Below, piece after piece: positions 1-8,107 of a DNA stretch of 64,000 nt. Made by a program: the position numbers and the translations under genes. Origin of the DNA: Acidimicrobiales bacterium (GTDB lineage: Bacteria; Actinomycetota; Acidimicrobiia; Acidimicrobiales; SZUA-35); NCBI GenBank assembly GCA_020628305.1, contig JAHDFH010000003.1, forward strand, positions 22,033-86,032, written 5' to 3'. The stretch's first letter is position 1. The number at the start of each line of letters is the position of its first letter. Below the pieces are notes generated by a model. That model was given only the letters and a program-made list of their open reading frames with translations, was not told the DNA's origin and made no database searches.

Positions 1-39
1 AGATCTGCTAAGCTAGGCGTAGGTCGGCAGTCAAGGACA

Positions 40-1446
40 GTGCAGTTGATAAGGCGAGATAACTTCAGAATATTTGCCGTTCTTTCGCAGCTTTTGCTGT
101 TTGGCCTGTTCATTATCGACTACCTAACCCGGACCGAATCTCGCCAGGACCAAGACTTGCTAGTTTTAAGCTTCGCAGCTGCTGGATTTGGATTTTCTTA
201 TTGGGCAGCTGATTGGGAAAGAGCAGGGCGAATTCTAAAAGTTGCTCCCTTTGCTACAACCGCTGGTTTACTGAGTTTGGCTGTCGTATGGACAAATGCT
301 GATCAGTCAGTCGGGTCCTCCGTGGCTCTAAGCCTCATCCTCGCGATAAATTCAGTTGGCGTAGGCGTTATTTATGGCAGGGGACTCCCCCTTGCTATCA
401 CTGCTCTGACTGGGGCTGGCCTGCTTATTGCCTCAGAACAAGGATGGCTTGCTACTCAATCAGCTGCGATCTGGCTGGGCACACCCATAGTGGCGATCCT
501 TGGCGAGCTAGCAGTTCAGACCCAACCTCACCTCGCTCAAGAACGGCTCTCAGCGGCTAAGAATCTGAATCGTACGCTAACTGAGTTTAGAAGACCTCGC
601 AGTATCTCAGACGCAGCAACTGGCATAGCTAAAGCTACCGAGCGGCTACTCAACCCTGCCTACGTCACAGTAGTTCTAGCAGGTCCAGACATGGAGCTTG
701 TAACAGCGAAAGGTGGCACGGCCCTCGATGCTACGACTAAAAAGCCTGACTCTAAAACTGCCCAGCTAGTGGTGGATGCCATCGGCGGAGCCAAACCTGA
801 AGTGATTGACTATGACGGAAATGCGCTACTGGTCTGCCCTATCCCCTCCGCTGACCGCCCGGCAGGAGCGGTTGTAGCTTACCCCTTCCCTCAGGCCGAT
901 CCAGAGTTTCTGACAGAGACGGCCAGCCTGTTCAGCATTCAGATCGGCATGGCCATTCAGCATCTGTACGAATTTGATGCCTTGGAAAAGGCCGCACGGA
1001 CCGATGAGCTGACAGGCTTAGGCAATCGCAAACACGCAAATGAGCTTGTTAGCGCCCTGCGAGGCGGCGATGCCCTAATTCTTCTCGACCTCGACGGTTT
1101 CAAAGCAGTGAACGACTCGCTCGGGCACCCAGCCGGAGACCAAGTCCTACGAGACCTTAGTAAGCACTTGCAAAGCTGCCTACGTGATTCAGATACCTCA
1201 GCCCGGCTTGGGGGCGATGAGTTTCTTGTAGTTGCCAAGCGAGCATTTGCCGACCCAGAAGCCGTCGCTCGAAGAATCCTTACAGGCTGGAACACCCCAG
1301 AAAGAAACACAACATTAAGCATAGGTATAGCGCTCCATGATGCTGAAGTTGAGCCGCAGCAAACCTACAAGCGAGCCGACGAGGCGCTTTACGAGGCTAA
1401 ATCAGCGGGGAAGAACCAGTGGCAGCTTTGGCGGGCAGATTCATAG
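40..1446 (+). CDS. membrane-anchored diguanylate cyclase (GGDEF domain)
   Basis: 468-aa ORF with a GTG start. The N-terminus is hydrophobic with several TM segments. The C-terminal domain has DELTGLGNR, an intact GGDEF motif, an RxxD I-site (RDSD) exactly 5 residues upstream of GGDEF, and an ALYEAK..GKN ending typical of GGDEF domains. Confidence 0.85.
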   Translation: MQLIRRDNFRIFAVLSQLLLFGLFIIDYLTRTESRQDQDLLVLSFAAAGFGFSYWAADWERAGRILKVAPFATTAGLLSLAVVWTNADQSVGSSVALSLILAINSVGVGVIYGRGLPLAITALTGAGLLIASEQGWLATQSAAIWLGTPIVAILGELAVQTQPHLAQERLSAAKNLNRTLTEFRRPRSISDAATGIAKATERLLNPAYVTVVLAGPDMELVTAKGGTALDATTKKPDSKTAQLVVDAIGGAKPEVIDYDGNALLVCPIPSADRPAGAVVAYPFPQADPEFLTETASLFSIQIGMAIQHLYEFDALEKAARTDELTGLGNRKHANELVSALRGGDALILLDLDGFKAVNDSLGHPAGDQVLRDLSKHLQSCLRDSDTSARLGGDEFLVVAKRAFADPEAVARRILTGWNTPERNTTLSIGIALHDAEVEPQQTYKRADEALYEAKSAGKNQWQLWRADS

Positions 1447-1894
1447 CCGGTTGTTGGGCTCGAAACTCGATAACATCCGCTTCTAGATCTTCTTTGATAG
1501 ACCCGATCGGAAGAACCTGAAGCACTCCTTGGCCGGGAGTCTTGAGCAGTTCAACGATCTCGTCCGGAGACTTGACCCAAACAAGGTCGCTACCGCTGAT
1601 AACAAGATTCGCCGTTACGATTTCTGCACCGAGCTCCCCTCGCATAAACTCGAATACTTGACGGATGCCTTCAAGGCGAGCACCTGAGTCGAGTAGCGCC
1701 TTGATTACTTTCAGCTCAAGGAGTTCAGTGTACGAATACTGACGTCGACTGCCAGAGCCAACTGCTGCAGCAAGGCTAGGAGTTACAAGCTTTGTGCGGG
1801 TCCAATGGTCGAGCTGACGGTACGTTATGCCGACGATTTCAGCAGTCTGCTTGGCGGAGTACCCTCGTTCGTTCATTGGCTCCCTTTCAGTCAT
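1397..1894 (-). CDS. MerR-family transcriptional regulator
   Basis: N-terminal HTH YSAKQTAEIVGITYRQLDHWTRTKLV is MerR-like. It lies in the conserved actinobacterial gcvH-FHA-DUF151-MerR neighbourhood. The start could be Met7. The 3' end overlaps the convergent GGDEF gene by 50 nt. Confidence 0.8.
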   Translation of the reverse strand: MTEREPMNERGYSAKQTAEIVGITYRQLDHWTRTKLVTPSLAAAVGSGSRRQYSYTELLELKVIKALLDSGARLEGIRQVFEFMRGELGAEIVTANLVISGSDLVWVKSPDEIVELLKTPGQGVLQVLPIGSIKEDLEADVIEFRAQQPAMNLPAKAATGSSPLI

Positions 1895-1945
1895 CTAAAC
1901 TACAGCAAGGTAATACTACCCAGAAAAATCACTTTTATAAGTTTC

Positions 1946-2443
1946 TTAAGAAAAGTCTTCGGGCTTCACATCATCGAGAAAGGCTCTAAGCTCTTCAATG
2001 ATCTCTTCTTCTGAAGATTCTGACTGCTCTTCACCTTTGTCGACAATGCCGGCTTCATCGACCACTGTCTCGGCTGCAAGGATAGGGCTATTGGTTCTGA
2101 CGGCTAGAGCTACCGCATCTGATGCTCTGGCAGACACCTCAATTGTTTCAGCGGCAGGGCCTTCAAGTCGAAGACTTGCATAGAAGGTGCCGTCTTTGAG
2201 GTCCGAGATGACCACACTGATAAGTTTTGAGTTGAGGCTAGCGATTGTGTCCAAGAAAAGGTCGTGCGTCATCGGTCTAGCCACCTTGGTTCCTGACACA
2301 GCAAGATCGATGGCGTGGGCCTCTGGTCCCCCAATGAAAATGGGAACGAGTCTACCTTCACCTTCGGTTTCCTTTAGAATCAGAACTGGTGAATTAGTTG
2401 GCATCTGAATTTTTACACCAACTAGTTCCATTTCGACGGTCAT
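1946..2443 (-). CDS. bifunctional nuclease family protein (DUF151/BFN domain)
   Basis: Pattern VGV...P.V.LKE..G.R.VPIFIGGPEA.AI......RPMTHDL matches the DUF151 core. The C-terminal tail is acidic. Its position matches the Rv1829-type gene. Confidence 0.8.
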   Translation of the reverse strand: MTVEMELVGVKIQMPTNSPVLILKETEGEGRLVPIFIGGPEAHAIDLAVSGTKVARPMTHDLFLDTIASLNSKLISVVISDLKDGTFYASLRLEGPAAETIEVSARASDAVALAVRTNSPILAAETVVDEAGIVDKGEEQSESSEEEIIEELRAFLDDVKPEDFS

Positions 2444-2922
2444 GGGGCCTCTTCTGTGTCTTGCACTTTGAGGAAAACCAATTTGAACTTGCCAATCTGC
2501 AACTCGTCTCTATCCTTTAGAAACGTTCGCTCAGTTAGACTTTTGTTAACGTAGGTGCCGTTCATGCTGCCAAGGTCAATGACCTCAAACTCCTCACCAT
2601 TGGGAGATACCTTTGCATGACTTCTAGAAACTGTGACGTCGTCTAAGAAAACATCGCAGGATGGGTCTCGACCTATGGTCAACTCCTCGGTTCCTAACGC
2701 TATCCGGGTGCCCTTCTTGGGACCTGAGTAAACCACAAACGCTGCGACTGACCCTTCTGGCAGATCAGTAACGTCCGGAACTTCTTCTATGTCTAGTGGG
2801 ATTGGCTCGTAAGCAGCCGTGACATCGTCAACCCTCTCCGCCTTCTGAAGCTGAGTTCCACAGGAGGAACAGAAGTTCGCTCCAACCACATTTTCGTAAT
2901 CACACACGCTACAAGCTGCCAT
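2440..2922 (-). CDS. FHA-domain protein with N-terminal zinc ribbon
   Basis: The N-terminus has CSVCDYEN..FCSSCG (a CxxC-x11-CxxC zinc ribbon). The C-terminal FHA signature is TIGRDPSCDVFLDD.TVSRSHA......DLGS.NGTYVN. It occupies the GarA/OdhI position next to gcvH. Confidence 0.85.
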   Translation of the reverse strand: MAACSVCDYENVVGANFCSSCGTQLQKAERVDDVTAAYEPIPLDIEEVPDVTDLPEGSVAAFVVYSGPKKGTRIALGTEELTIGRDPSCDVFLDDVTVSRSHAKVSPNGEEFEVIDLGSMNGTYVNKSLTERTFLKDRDELQIGKFKLVFLKVQDTEEAP

Positions 2923-3323
2923 TACTTTCCCTCCAACAATTCAAGGTAGGCCCTTGAGCTTAGCAAACTATCGATAACTTCAAGGTTCTCGACCTTAACT
3001 CTAAAGAGCCAGCCTTCTCCATAGGGGTCGGCATTAATCGCCGATGGCGCATCTTGTAACTCGTCATTAACCTCAACAACGGTGCCAGTAACAGGCGAGA
3101 ATACGTCAGAAACCGATTTAGTTGACTCCACTTCGCCCAGCATCTCTTGGCTACTTACCACTCGATCAATCGCTGGAAGCCCAACGAAGACAATCTCACC
3201 GAGCGAATCTTGGGCAAAGTCAGTAAGCCCCACTGTAACTACACCCGCTTTGCGGTCATAAATCTTGACCCACTCATGGTAACTTGAGTAACGCAGTTCT
3301 TCAGGAACATCCATTGCAGACAA
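2922..3323 (-). CDS. gcvH: glycine cleavage system protein H
   Basis: 133 aa. It has YS.YHEWV, the lipoyl-lysine motif VESTKSVSDV, and a PYGEGWLF ending, all typical of GcvH. Confidence 0.92.
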   Translation of the reverse strand: MSAMDVPEELRYSSYHEWVKIYDRKAGVVTVGLTDFAQDSLGEIVFVGLPAIDRVVSSQEMLGEVESTKSVSDVFSPVTGTVVEVNDELQDAPSAINADPYGEGWLFRVKVENLEVIDSLLSSRAYLELLEGK

Positions 3324-3355
3324 TCTAGTCGAGGGATTTCACGCTCAACAAACGG

Positions 3356-3922
3356 CTAGGTGCTTTTAACCAAATAGGTTTTCACATAGTCAAACAATAC
3401 GGAATAAAAGCCAAACAATAGACCCGGCACGCTCAGTATCCACGCTCCCAACACAAGCTGGTCTGCATAGAACGCTTCAGTGGATCCGCCCAGAAACATA
3501 GGAAAGGCAAACATTAAAAAGAAGGCCCCAGTTTTACCAGCTTTGGAGACCTTGACTACTTCTCTGCTCTTAAGCCAAACCCAGGCTGCAAGCGCAGCCA
3601 CCAACACTTCTCTCAGTAAAGCCAGACCCGCCAACCACCACGGTACCGCTCCTTCGATGACTATTGATGGAACCGCAACCGCAAACATCAGTCGATCGAC
3701 AGTTGGGTCAAAAACTGCCCCAAACTGAGATCTCTGGTCAAGCTTACGGGCAAGGAAACCGTCAACCCAATCAGTTGCGCCAAGAAACCCTAATAACCAA
3801 GCTGCGACCAGTGGGCGGTCCAAGGTGAATAGGAGGTACACAAAGTAAGGGATCGCACAGAGGCGAAGCGCTGTGAAAGCGTTAGGCCATGTCCTGATCT
3901 GCCCTCGTAGGTCACTCGCCAT
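3356..3922 (-). CDS. CDP-alcohol phosphatidyltransferase (PgsA-like)
   Basis: Signature DGFLAR-x8-G-x3-D-x3-D (DWVDGFLARKLDQRSQFGAVFDPTVDRL). The protein is polytopic and 188 aa. Confidence 0.85.
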   Translation of the reverse strand: MASDLRGQIRTWPNAFTALRLCAIPYFVYLLFTLDRPLVAAWLLGFLGATDWVDGFLARKLDQRSQFGAVFDPTVDRLMFAVAVPSIVIEGAVPWWLAGLALLREVLVAALAAWVWLKSREVVKVSKAGKTGAFFLMFAFPMFLGGSTEAFYADQLVLGAWILSVPGLLFGFYSVLFDYVKTYLVKST

Positions 3923-5324
3923 CTGTTAAGTATAGAACGACGCCATCTTTGTTGTACGCAGGACTGTAGCCAAGTGTTTCGATCTGGGACGCGAACTCAG
4001 CCTCAAAGTCAGAGTCAAACTCTACAAAATCGCCCGCCACGATCAGAACCCCGTCGACGTTACCTCGTGTAGCCGCTACAGCGCTGAGCGTCTGTAGGTC
4101 TGAATCGAATTCCACAAACGATGCCCTACCTACCAACTTTGCTAACGCTGATTCTGAGGAACGGACTCTGGCACCATCTGGGATCTCAACTATTGCCTCA
4201 TCAACAGCGTCGGTCTTAGCACTTGCAGCCCAATTCCAGGGCTCCTGTGATATCGAGATCGGAGAGTCAGCGACGTAGAACACTAAACCGGCAAAGGCAA
4301 GTGCGGCTACCAATCTAGGATCATTAAAGACACGACTGACACCAAGTTTGCCAAGTCTCTGGAGAGAGTACGCCAGAGCTATAAACGAGAACGCTAGCAG
4401 GAAAGGTCTTGGGTCTCCGTACTCAATGCTGCCAGAAGTCGCAAGATAGACCGCAGCTAGGGGCAAAGCTGGGAAGAGGTACCTAAATGACAAAACAGGT
4501 AAGAAAAGCAGCGGAGCCAACAAAGCCAAGATCAGATCTACGTTGGCAGTAGTTAGCAAATTTTGTGACCAACTAAACTCATCAATCCCAAAGATTGGCT
4601 GAAGTACCAGCAGAAAAACAAAAGCCCAACCGGAACCAATCGCAACTGAACGGATACCTCTGGCTGTTCGACCGTCACGCATCAGCACGAAACCCCAGAC
4701 CGCCACTAACAGTCCGAGATCCGCTCTCAGCAGCAAAATACAGATGACACATATCCAGTAGTAACGCCACTTGGTTGCTGCGCTGGCATAGGCCATAGCA
4801 ATCACTAACGGAAGCGCCAGAGTTTCAGGCGAGAAATCAGATACAGCTAGGTCGTGCGTCATTGGGTGAAGCAAAAAACTGGCAATTAGGGCGAGAGACG
4901 CTGCCAGACGCAAACGAATAATCTGACGAGCAAAAGCCCACAAAGGGATAACGGTGATTCCAACAGCGAGAGCCTGTCCAACCATTAGGGCTTGCACTGG
5001 CTCAAGAAAGATCGATAGCAAGCTCAATGGAAAGACAGCTAGAGAGCCGTACAACTCGATCACAGAGTGCTCAATCCCAGTGGCAGGAAGATCTGATACG
5101 GTACCGCTGGCAGCAGATTTGATTGCTTCTGCGTAGCGAGCGACACTAGAACCAAGACCGTTACGCTGATAGTTAGCTAAAGAAAACCTTGTAAGGACGC
5201 CAACGAATACAGCAGCAGCAAACGCTGGAATCCAACGGTCGGCTAAACCAGCTTCAGCCCTCGATTGTGCTTTGACGTACCAGCGGCGAGCGCTGCGCTG
5301 CAAGTGAGCAATTTCCACATCCAT
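3912..5324 (-). CDS. polytopic membrane protein, possibly DUF2079/GT-C-like
   Basis: 470 aa with about 9-10 hydrophobic helices followed by a soluble C-terminal region of about 110 aa. The family assignment rests on overall architecture only. Confidence 0.35.
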   Translation of the reverse strand: MDVEIAHLQRSARRWYVKAQSRAEAGLADRWIPAFAAAVFVGVLTRFSLANYQRNGLGSSVARYAEAIKSAASGTVSDLPATGIEHSVIELYGSLAVFPLSLLSIFLEPVQALMVGQALAVGITVIPLWAFARQIIRLRLAASLALIASFLLHPMTHDLAVSDFSPETLALPLVIAMAYASAATKWRYYWICVICILLLRADLGLLVAVWGFVLMRDGRTARGIRSVAIGSGWAFVFLLVLQPIFGIDEFSWSQNLLTTANVDLILALLAPLLFLPVLSFRYLFPALPLAAVYLATSGSIEYGDPRPFLLAFSFIALAYSLQRLGKLGVSRVFNDPRLVAALAFAGLVFYVADSPISISQEPWNWAASAKTDAVDEAIVEIPDGARVRSSESALAKLVGRASFVEFDSDLQTLSAVAATRGNVDGVLIVAGDFVEFDSDFEAEFASQIETLGYSPAYNKDGVVLYLTDGE

Positions 5325-5395
5325 ACACTAGCGCAGCCTGAGATTTTAAAGGCGCTCAACACTTAAAGCTGAAACAGATTCAAACAGCGGTTCAG

Positions 5396-5469
5396 TCGGG
5401 CTGACTGGATTTGAACCAGCGACCTCTCCACCCCCAGCGGAGCGCTCTACCAAGCTGAGCCACAGCCCG
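5396..5469 (-). tRNA. tRNA-Pro (anticodon GGG)
   Basis: The reverse complement folds as a cloverleaf: acceptor CGGGCTG/CAGCCCG, D arm GCTC-AGCTTGGTA-GAGC, anticodon stem CTCCG/TGGAG with loop CTGGGGG (anticodon GGG), T arm GCTGG-TTCAAAT-CCAGT, discriminator A. No CCA is encoded. Confidence 0.9.
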
Positions 5470-5513
5470 AACCATGCTGATGATATCAGCCCAACAGCAC
5501 TTCTCTCAACAGA

Positions 5514-6728
5514 TTAAGACACAACAGATGTATCAGGCCGGTACGCTGCCCAAGCAAACCAGAAAGCGTCCAGGTGCGTCACGGGCTCGAGCCGATCGAT
5601 GTCTGACTCCCCATCAACTAGTTGACCAATTATGCTCCAAGTGCGGCCCTGCGAATCACGAAAGTTGTCTCCGTCTGGAGTGAGGCTCTCGATCCCCTCG
5701 GGAAGTCGAAACACCCCGGTTTGCCCGATATCTCTGCCCTCGCTTATTTCTGAAGAATCAAGCGCAGAGTTAAGACCTGACCTGTGCAGTACTGCAAATT
5801 CATCCTCGATTAGAACCACGCCAACATCTTCAAGCAAGCTAAACGGCACCGCCAATGCCTGACCTTCAGCGGCTATCCCAACTACCCTCTCCTGCGCTGG
5901 CAACCTTGGGTCTGTTTGCCCGTCGAATAAGAAACCAATATTGTTGGTGTCGTAACCAACATACGGGTTACGACCGTAACGCCCTTCTTGTGCATTCTCT
6001 TCGTGGAACTGGCTCAGAATCCTACCATCCGGAAAAGCCCTAGAGAACTCTTCAAACGACACTGTCTGAGCAGGTATCTTGTTCAGATCAAGACCGGCAT
6101 AGTGGCCGAGCACTCCCTCACCTGTGAAGTGGCTCCATAAGGATTCCGTCTGACGGTCATACATTAACAAGGCTGAGTTTAAGAGCGTGCCAGAAACTCC
6201 GAAATCTAATAGCCGAGAACCAACCCGCCTGTCGAAAGCTAACGCCGAGTTACACAGTGGACAGAAGGTGACGGTTACAGGCACGCCGCCTATCTCTGTG
6301 TTGACAATCTCATGGCTGATCATCACTCTTAATGGAAATCCTACAGCGTCGCCATTCACTTCAACTAACACAAGCGGCTCGGTGGGAGATGTTAGATAAT
6401 CAACCTCATCAACTCCAACAAATTTCGGTTCATCGATGGGAGGGATGCCATCAACTCCAACACCCCCAGATAGCACGTCATTAGGATCGATCAAAGCCGG
6501 AGGGAATCCTTCTGAGACTTCTTCGGCTCTAAGCACTACGTCTAGTGCAGAGCCCGCTGGATCTGAATTGTAATCAAAACTGCTGTAGGCCTCGTCGACA
6601 ACTTCTATGGGTTGCACCTCATCTGCTGCTAATTCAGTATCCAAACCAATGTTGGTGGAGGCAGATGAGTTTCCGCCACATGCGGCAGCAAACGCTATTA
6701 CGCCAAAGACTAGGAGATGCTTTTTCAT
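5514..6728 (-). CDS. DUF3179-family lipoprotein
   Basis: Lipoprotein signal peptide MKKHLLVFGVIAFAAAC. It has DGIPPIDEPKF and TFCPLCNSA motifs, which I recognise as DUF3179. Confidence 0.7.
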   Translation of the reverse strand: MKKHLLVFGVIAFAAACGGNSSASTNIGLDTELAADEVQPIEVVDEAYSSFDYNSDPAGSALDVVLRAEEVSEGFPPALIDPNDVLSGGVGVDGIPPIDEPKFVGVDEVDYLTSPTEPLVLVEVNGDAVGFPLRVMISHEIVNTEIGGVPVTVTFCPLCNSALAFDRRVGSRLLDFGVSGTLLNSALLMYDRQTESLWSHFTGEGVLGHYAGLDLNKIPAQTVSFEEFSRAFPDGRILSQFHEENAQEGRYGRNPYVGYDTNNIGFLFDGQTDPRLPAQERVVGIAAEGQALAVPFSLLEDVGVVLIEDEFAVLHRSGLNSALDSSEISEGRDIGQTGVFRLPEGIESLTPDGDNFRDSQGRTWSIIGQLVDGESDIDRLEPVTHLDAFWFAWAAYRPDTSVVS

Positions 6729-6783
6729 GCAAGCTTCAACAGCAATGCGACTCTGAAGATTCCGAACCCCTAAGTTCCCATCT

Positions 6784-6975
6784 CTAAACTATCGATGCAA
6801 TAAACACAACAGCCCGCCAAACTAGGTAGGCAACTAGTGCTGCTATGAGGACCCAAAAATGCCAGGGAGGACCGTCAACCGCAACTTGGTCGCTCGTATC
6901 AAGTTCTGCGCCGCAGTCGTTGCATTCTTTCTCAGCTGTCTCAATCTGCTTGTCGCAGGTGTCACACCAAGGCAC
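6784..6975 (-). CDS. small zinc-ribbon membrane protein
   Basis: 63 aa. It has CDTC-x13-CNDC followed by one TM helix (WHFWVLIAALVAYLVW). Its start overlaps the stop of the upstream PP2C gene at 6975. Confidence 0.5.
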   Translation of the reverse strand: MPWCDTCDKQIETAEKECNDCGAELDTSDQVAVDGPPWHFWVLIAALVAYLVWRAVVFIASIV

Positions 6976-8060
6976 TAGTCTCGCCTAACAACCAGAATAG
7001 CTAGATCATCGGTGAGCGGCCCTTCAGCAAAGTCTCTAGCGGCTTCGACGAGTGAAGAGGTCATAGCTTGAGCCGAAACAGTTGGGTCTCGTCGAACCAC
7101 TGACGCAATGCCATCCTCACCAAACAAAACATCACCCTTGCGTGCCTCAGCAAGGCCATCAGTGTAGAGCACTGCCACGTCATCTTGTTCCCAAGAGATT
7201 TCCCTTGAGTGGTAAGTGCCCTTAGGGTCAAGGATCAAAAGTGGACCCGTTGCCCCTAGTGGCTTAACCTCTCGATCGTGCCAAACAAACGCAGCAGGAT
7301 GCCCCGCTGATGCGTAGCGAACCGTGTTTGCGTCCTGATCGAACACCAGAACCACAAGCGAAATGAACTCCTCACCTCGCTCAAGCACAAACATCTGCTC
7401 ATTAAGTTCTTGAAGTGCTTGCCCAGGATCACGATACTGCAATAAAAACGCTCGGAGCAGGTACTTTGCTTGTAGGGCTGTAATCGATGGTTCAATGCCG
7501 TGTCCTGTCACATCACCAATCACTGCTGCTATGCGATGATCATCAACTCTGAACACGTCATAGAAGTCGCCCGACATGACACCGCTGCTAGCGTCATAAG
7601 CTTGTCCAATTTCGAGCCCGGGAAACTCTGCGAATTTAGACGGAGCCAATCGCGCTGCCCATTGCAATGGGGCCAGTTCCTCCTGAGACAGAACTTCTCG
7701 CGCCTTTTGTTCAACCTCTACCCTGCTCTCAGCGATCTTTGCTATCTCCATTTGCGCACCTGAATAAAGCAACGTAACTGCAGAGGGCAAGGCAAGAAGG
7801 GAAACAATGATTGCTGGAAACAGGCTAATGCCAGCAATTGTTACTGTCGCCATGGCTACAGCAGCAAGAACGGTGAAGACAGCCATCTGGATGTCCCTGC
7901 GATAATCGTTGTTTGCTAAACGCCACAGATCATAATCGACCTGATCCTCAGCTAACCGCTTGACGACTCGATCTTGCCGACGCGCTGCTCTTATCCAAAC
8001 AACAGCAGCAAAAGCTGAGACTAGAGCACCTAAACCTGGCAACACATATTCCACTAACAT
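6975..8060 (-). CDS. membrane-bound PP2C/SpoIIE-family serine phosphatase
   Basis: The N-terminus has TM helices. The C-terminal domain has SGDFYDV, GDVTGHG, ASAGHP and LYTDGL motifs of the RsbU/SpoIIE PP2C family. Confidence 0.85.
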   Translation of the reverse strand: MLVEYVLPGLGALVSAFAAVVWIRAARRQDRVVKRLAEDQVDYDLWRLANNDYRRDIQMAVFTVLAAVAMATVTIAGISLFPAIIVSLLALPSAVTLLYSGAQMEIAKIAESRVEVEQKAREVLSQEELAPLQWAARLAPSKFAEFPGLEIGQAYDASSGVMSGDFYDVFRVDDHRIAAVIGDVTGHGIEPSITALQAKYLLRAFLLQYRDPGQALQELNEQMFVLERGEEFISLVVLVFDQDANTVRYASAGHPAAFVWHDREVKPLGATGPLLILDPKGTYHSREISWEQDDVAVLYTDGLAEARKGDVLFGEDGIASVVRRDPTVSAQAMTSSLVEAARDFAEGPLTDDLAILVVRRD

Positions 8061-8107
8061 GATCCTACCCGCAAAGAAAAATCGAAGATGTGACCTTCGT
8101 AAAGAGA

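Noticed and set aside
5325-5513. tRNA-Pro as a possible genomic-island integration site.
   Set aside because: There is no integrase, no direct repeat of the tRNA 3' end, and no compositional shift. The flanking genes are ordinary chromosomal genes.
8073-8099. Weak hairpin (CGAAG/CTTCG) plus a T-rich tail on the minus strand between der and the PP2C gene; possible terminator or attenuator.
   Set aside because: The stem is only 5 bp and the next gene starts about 10 nt downstream. That is too weak to call without transcript data.
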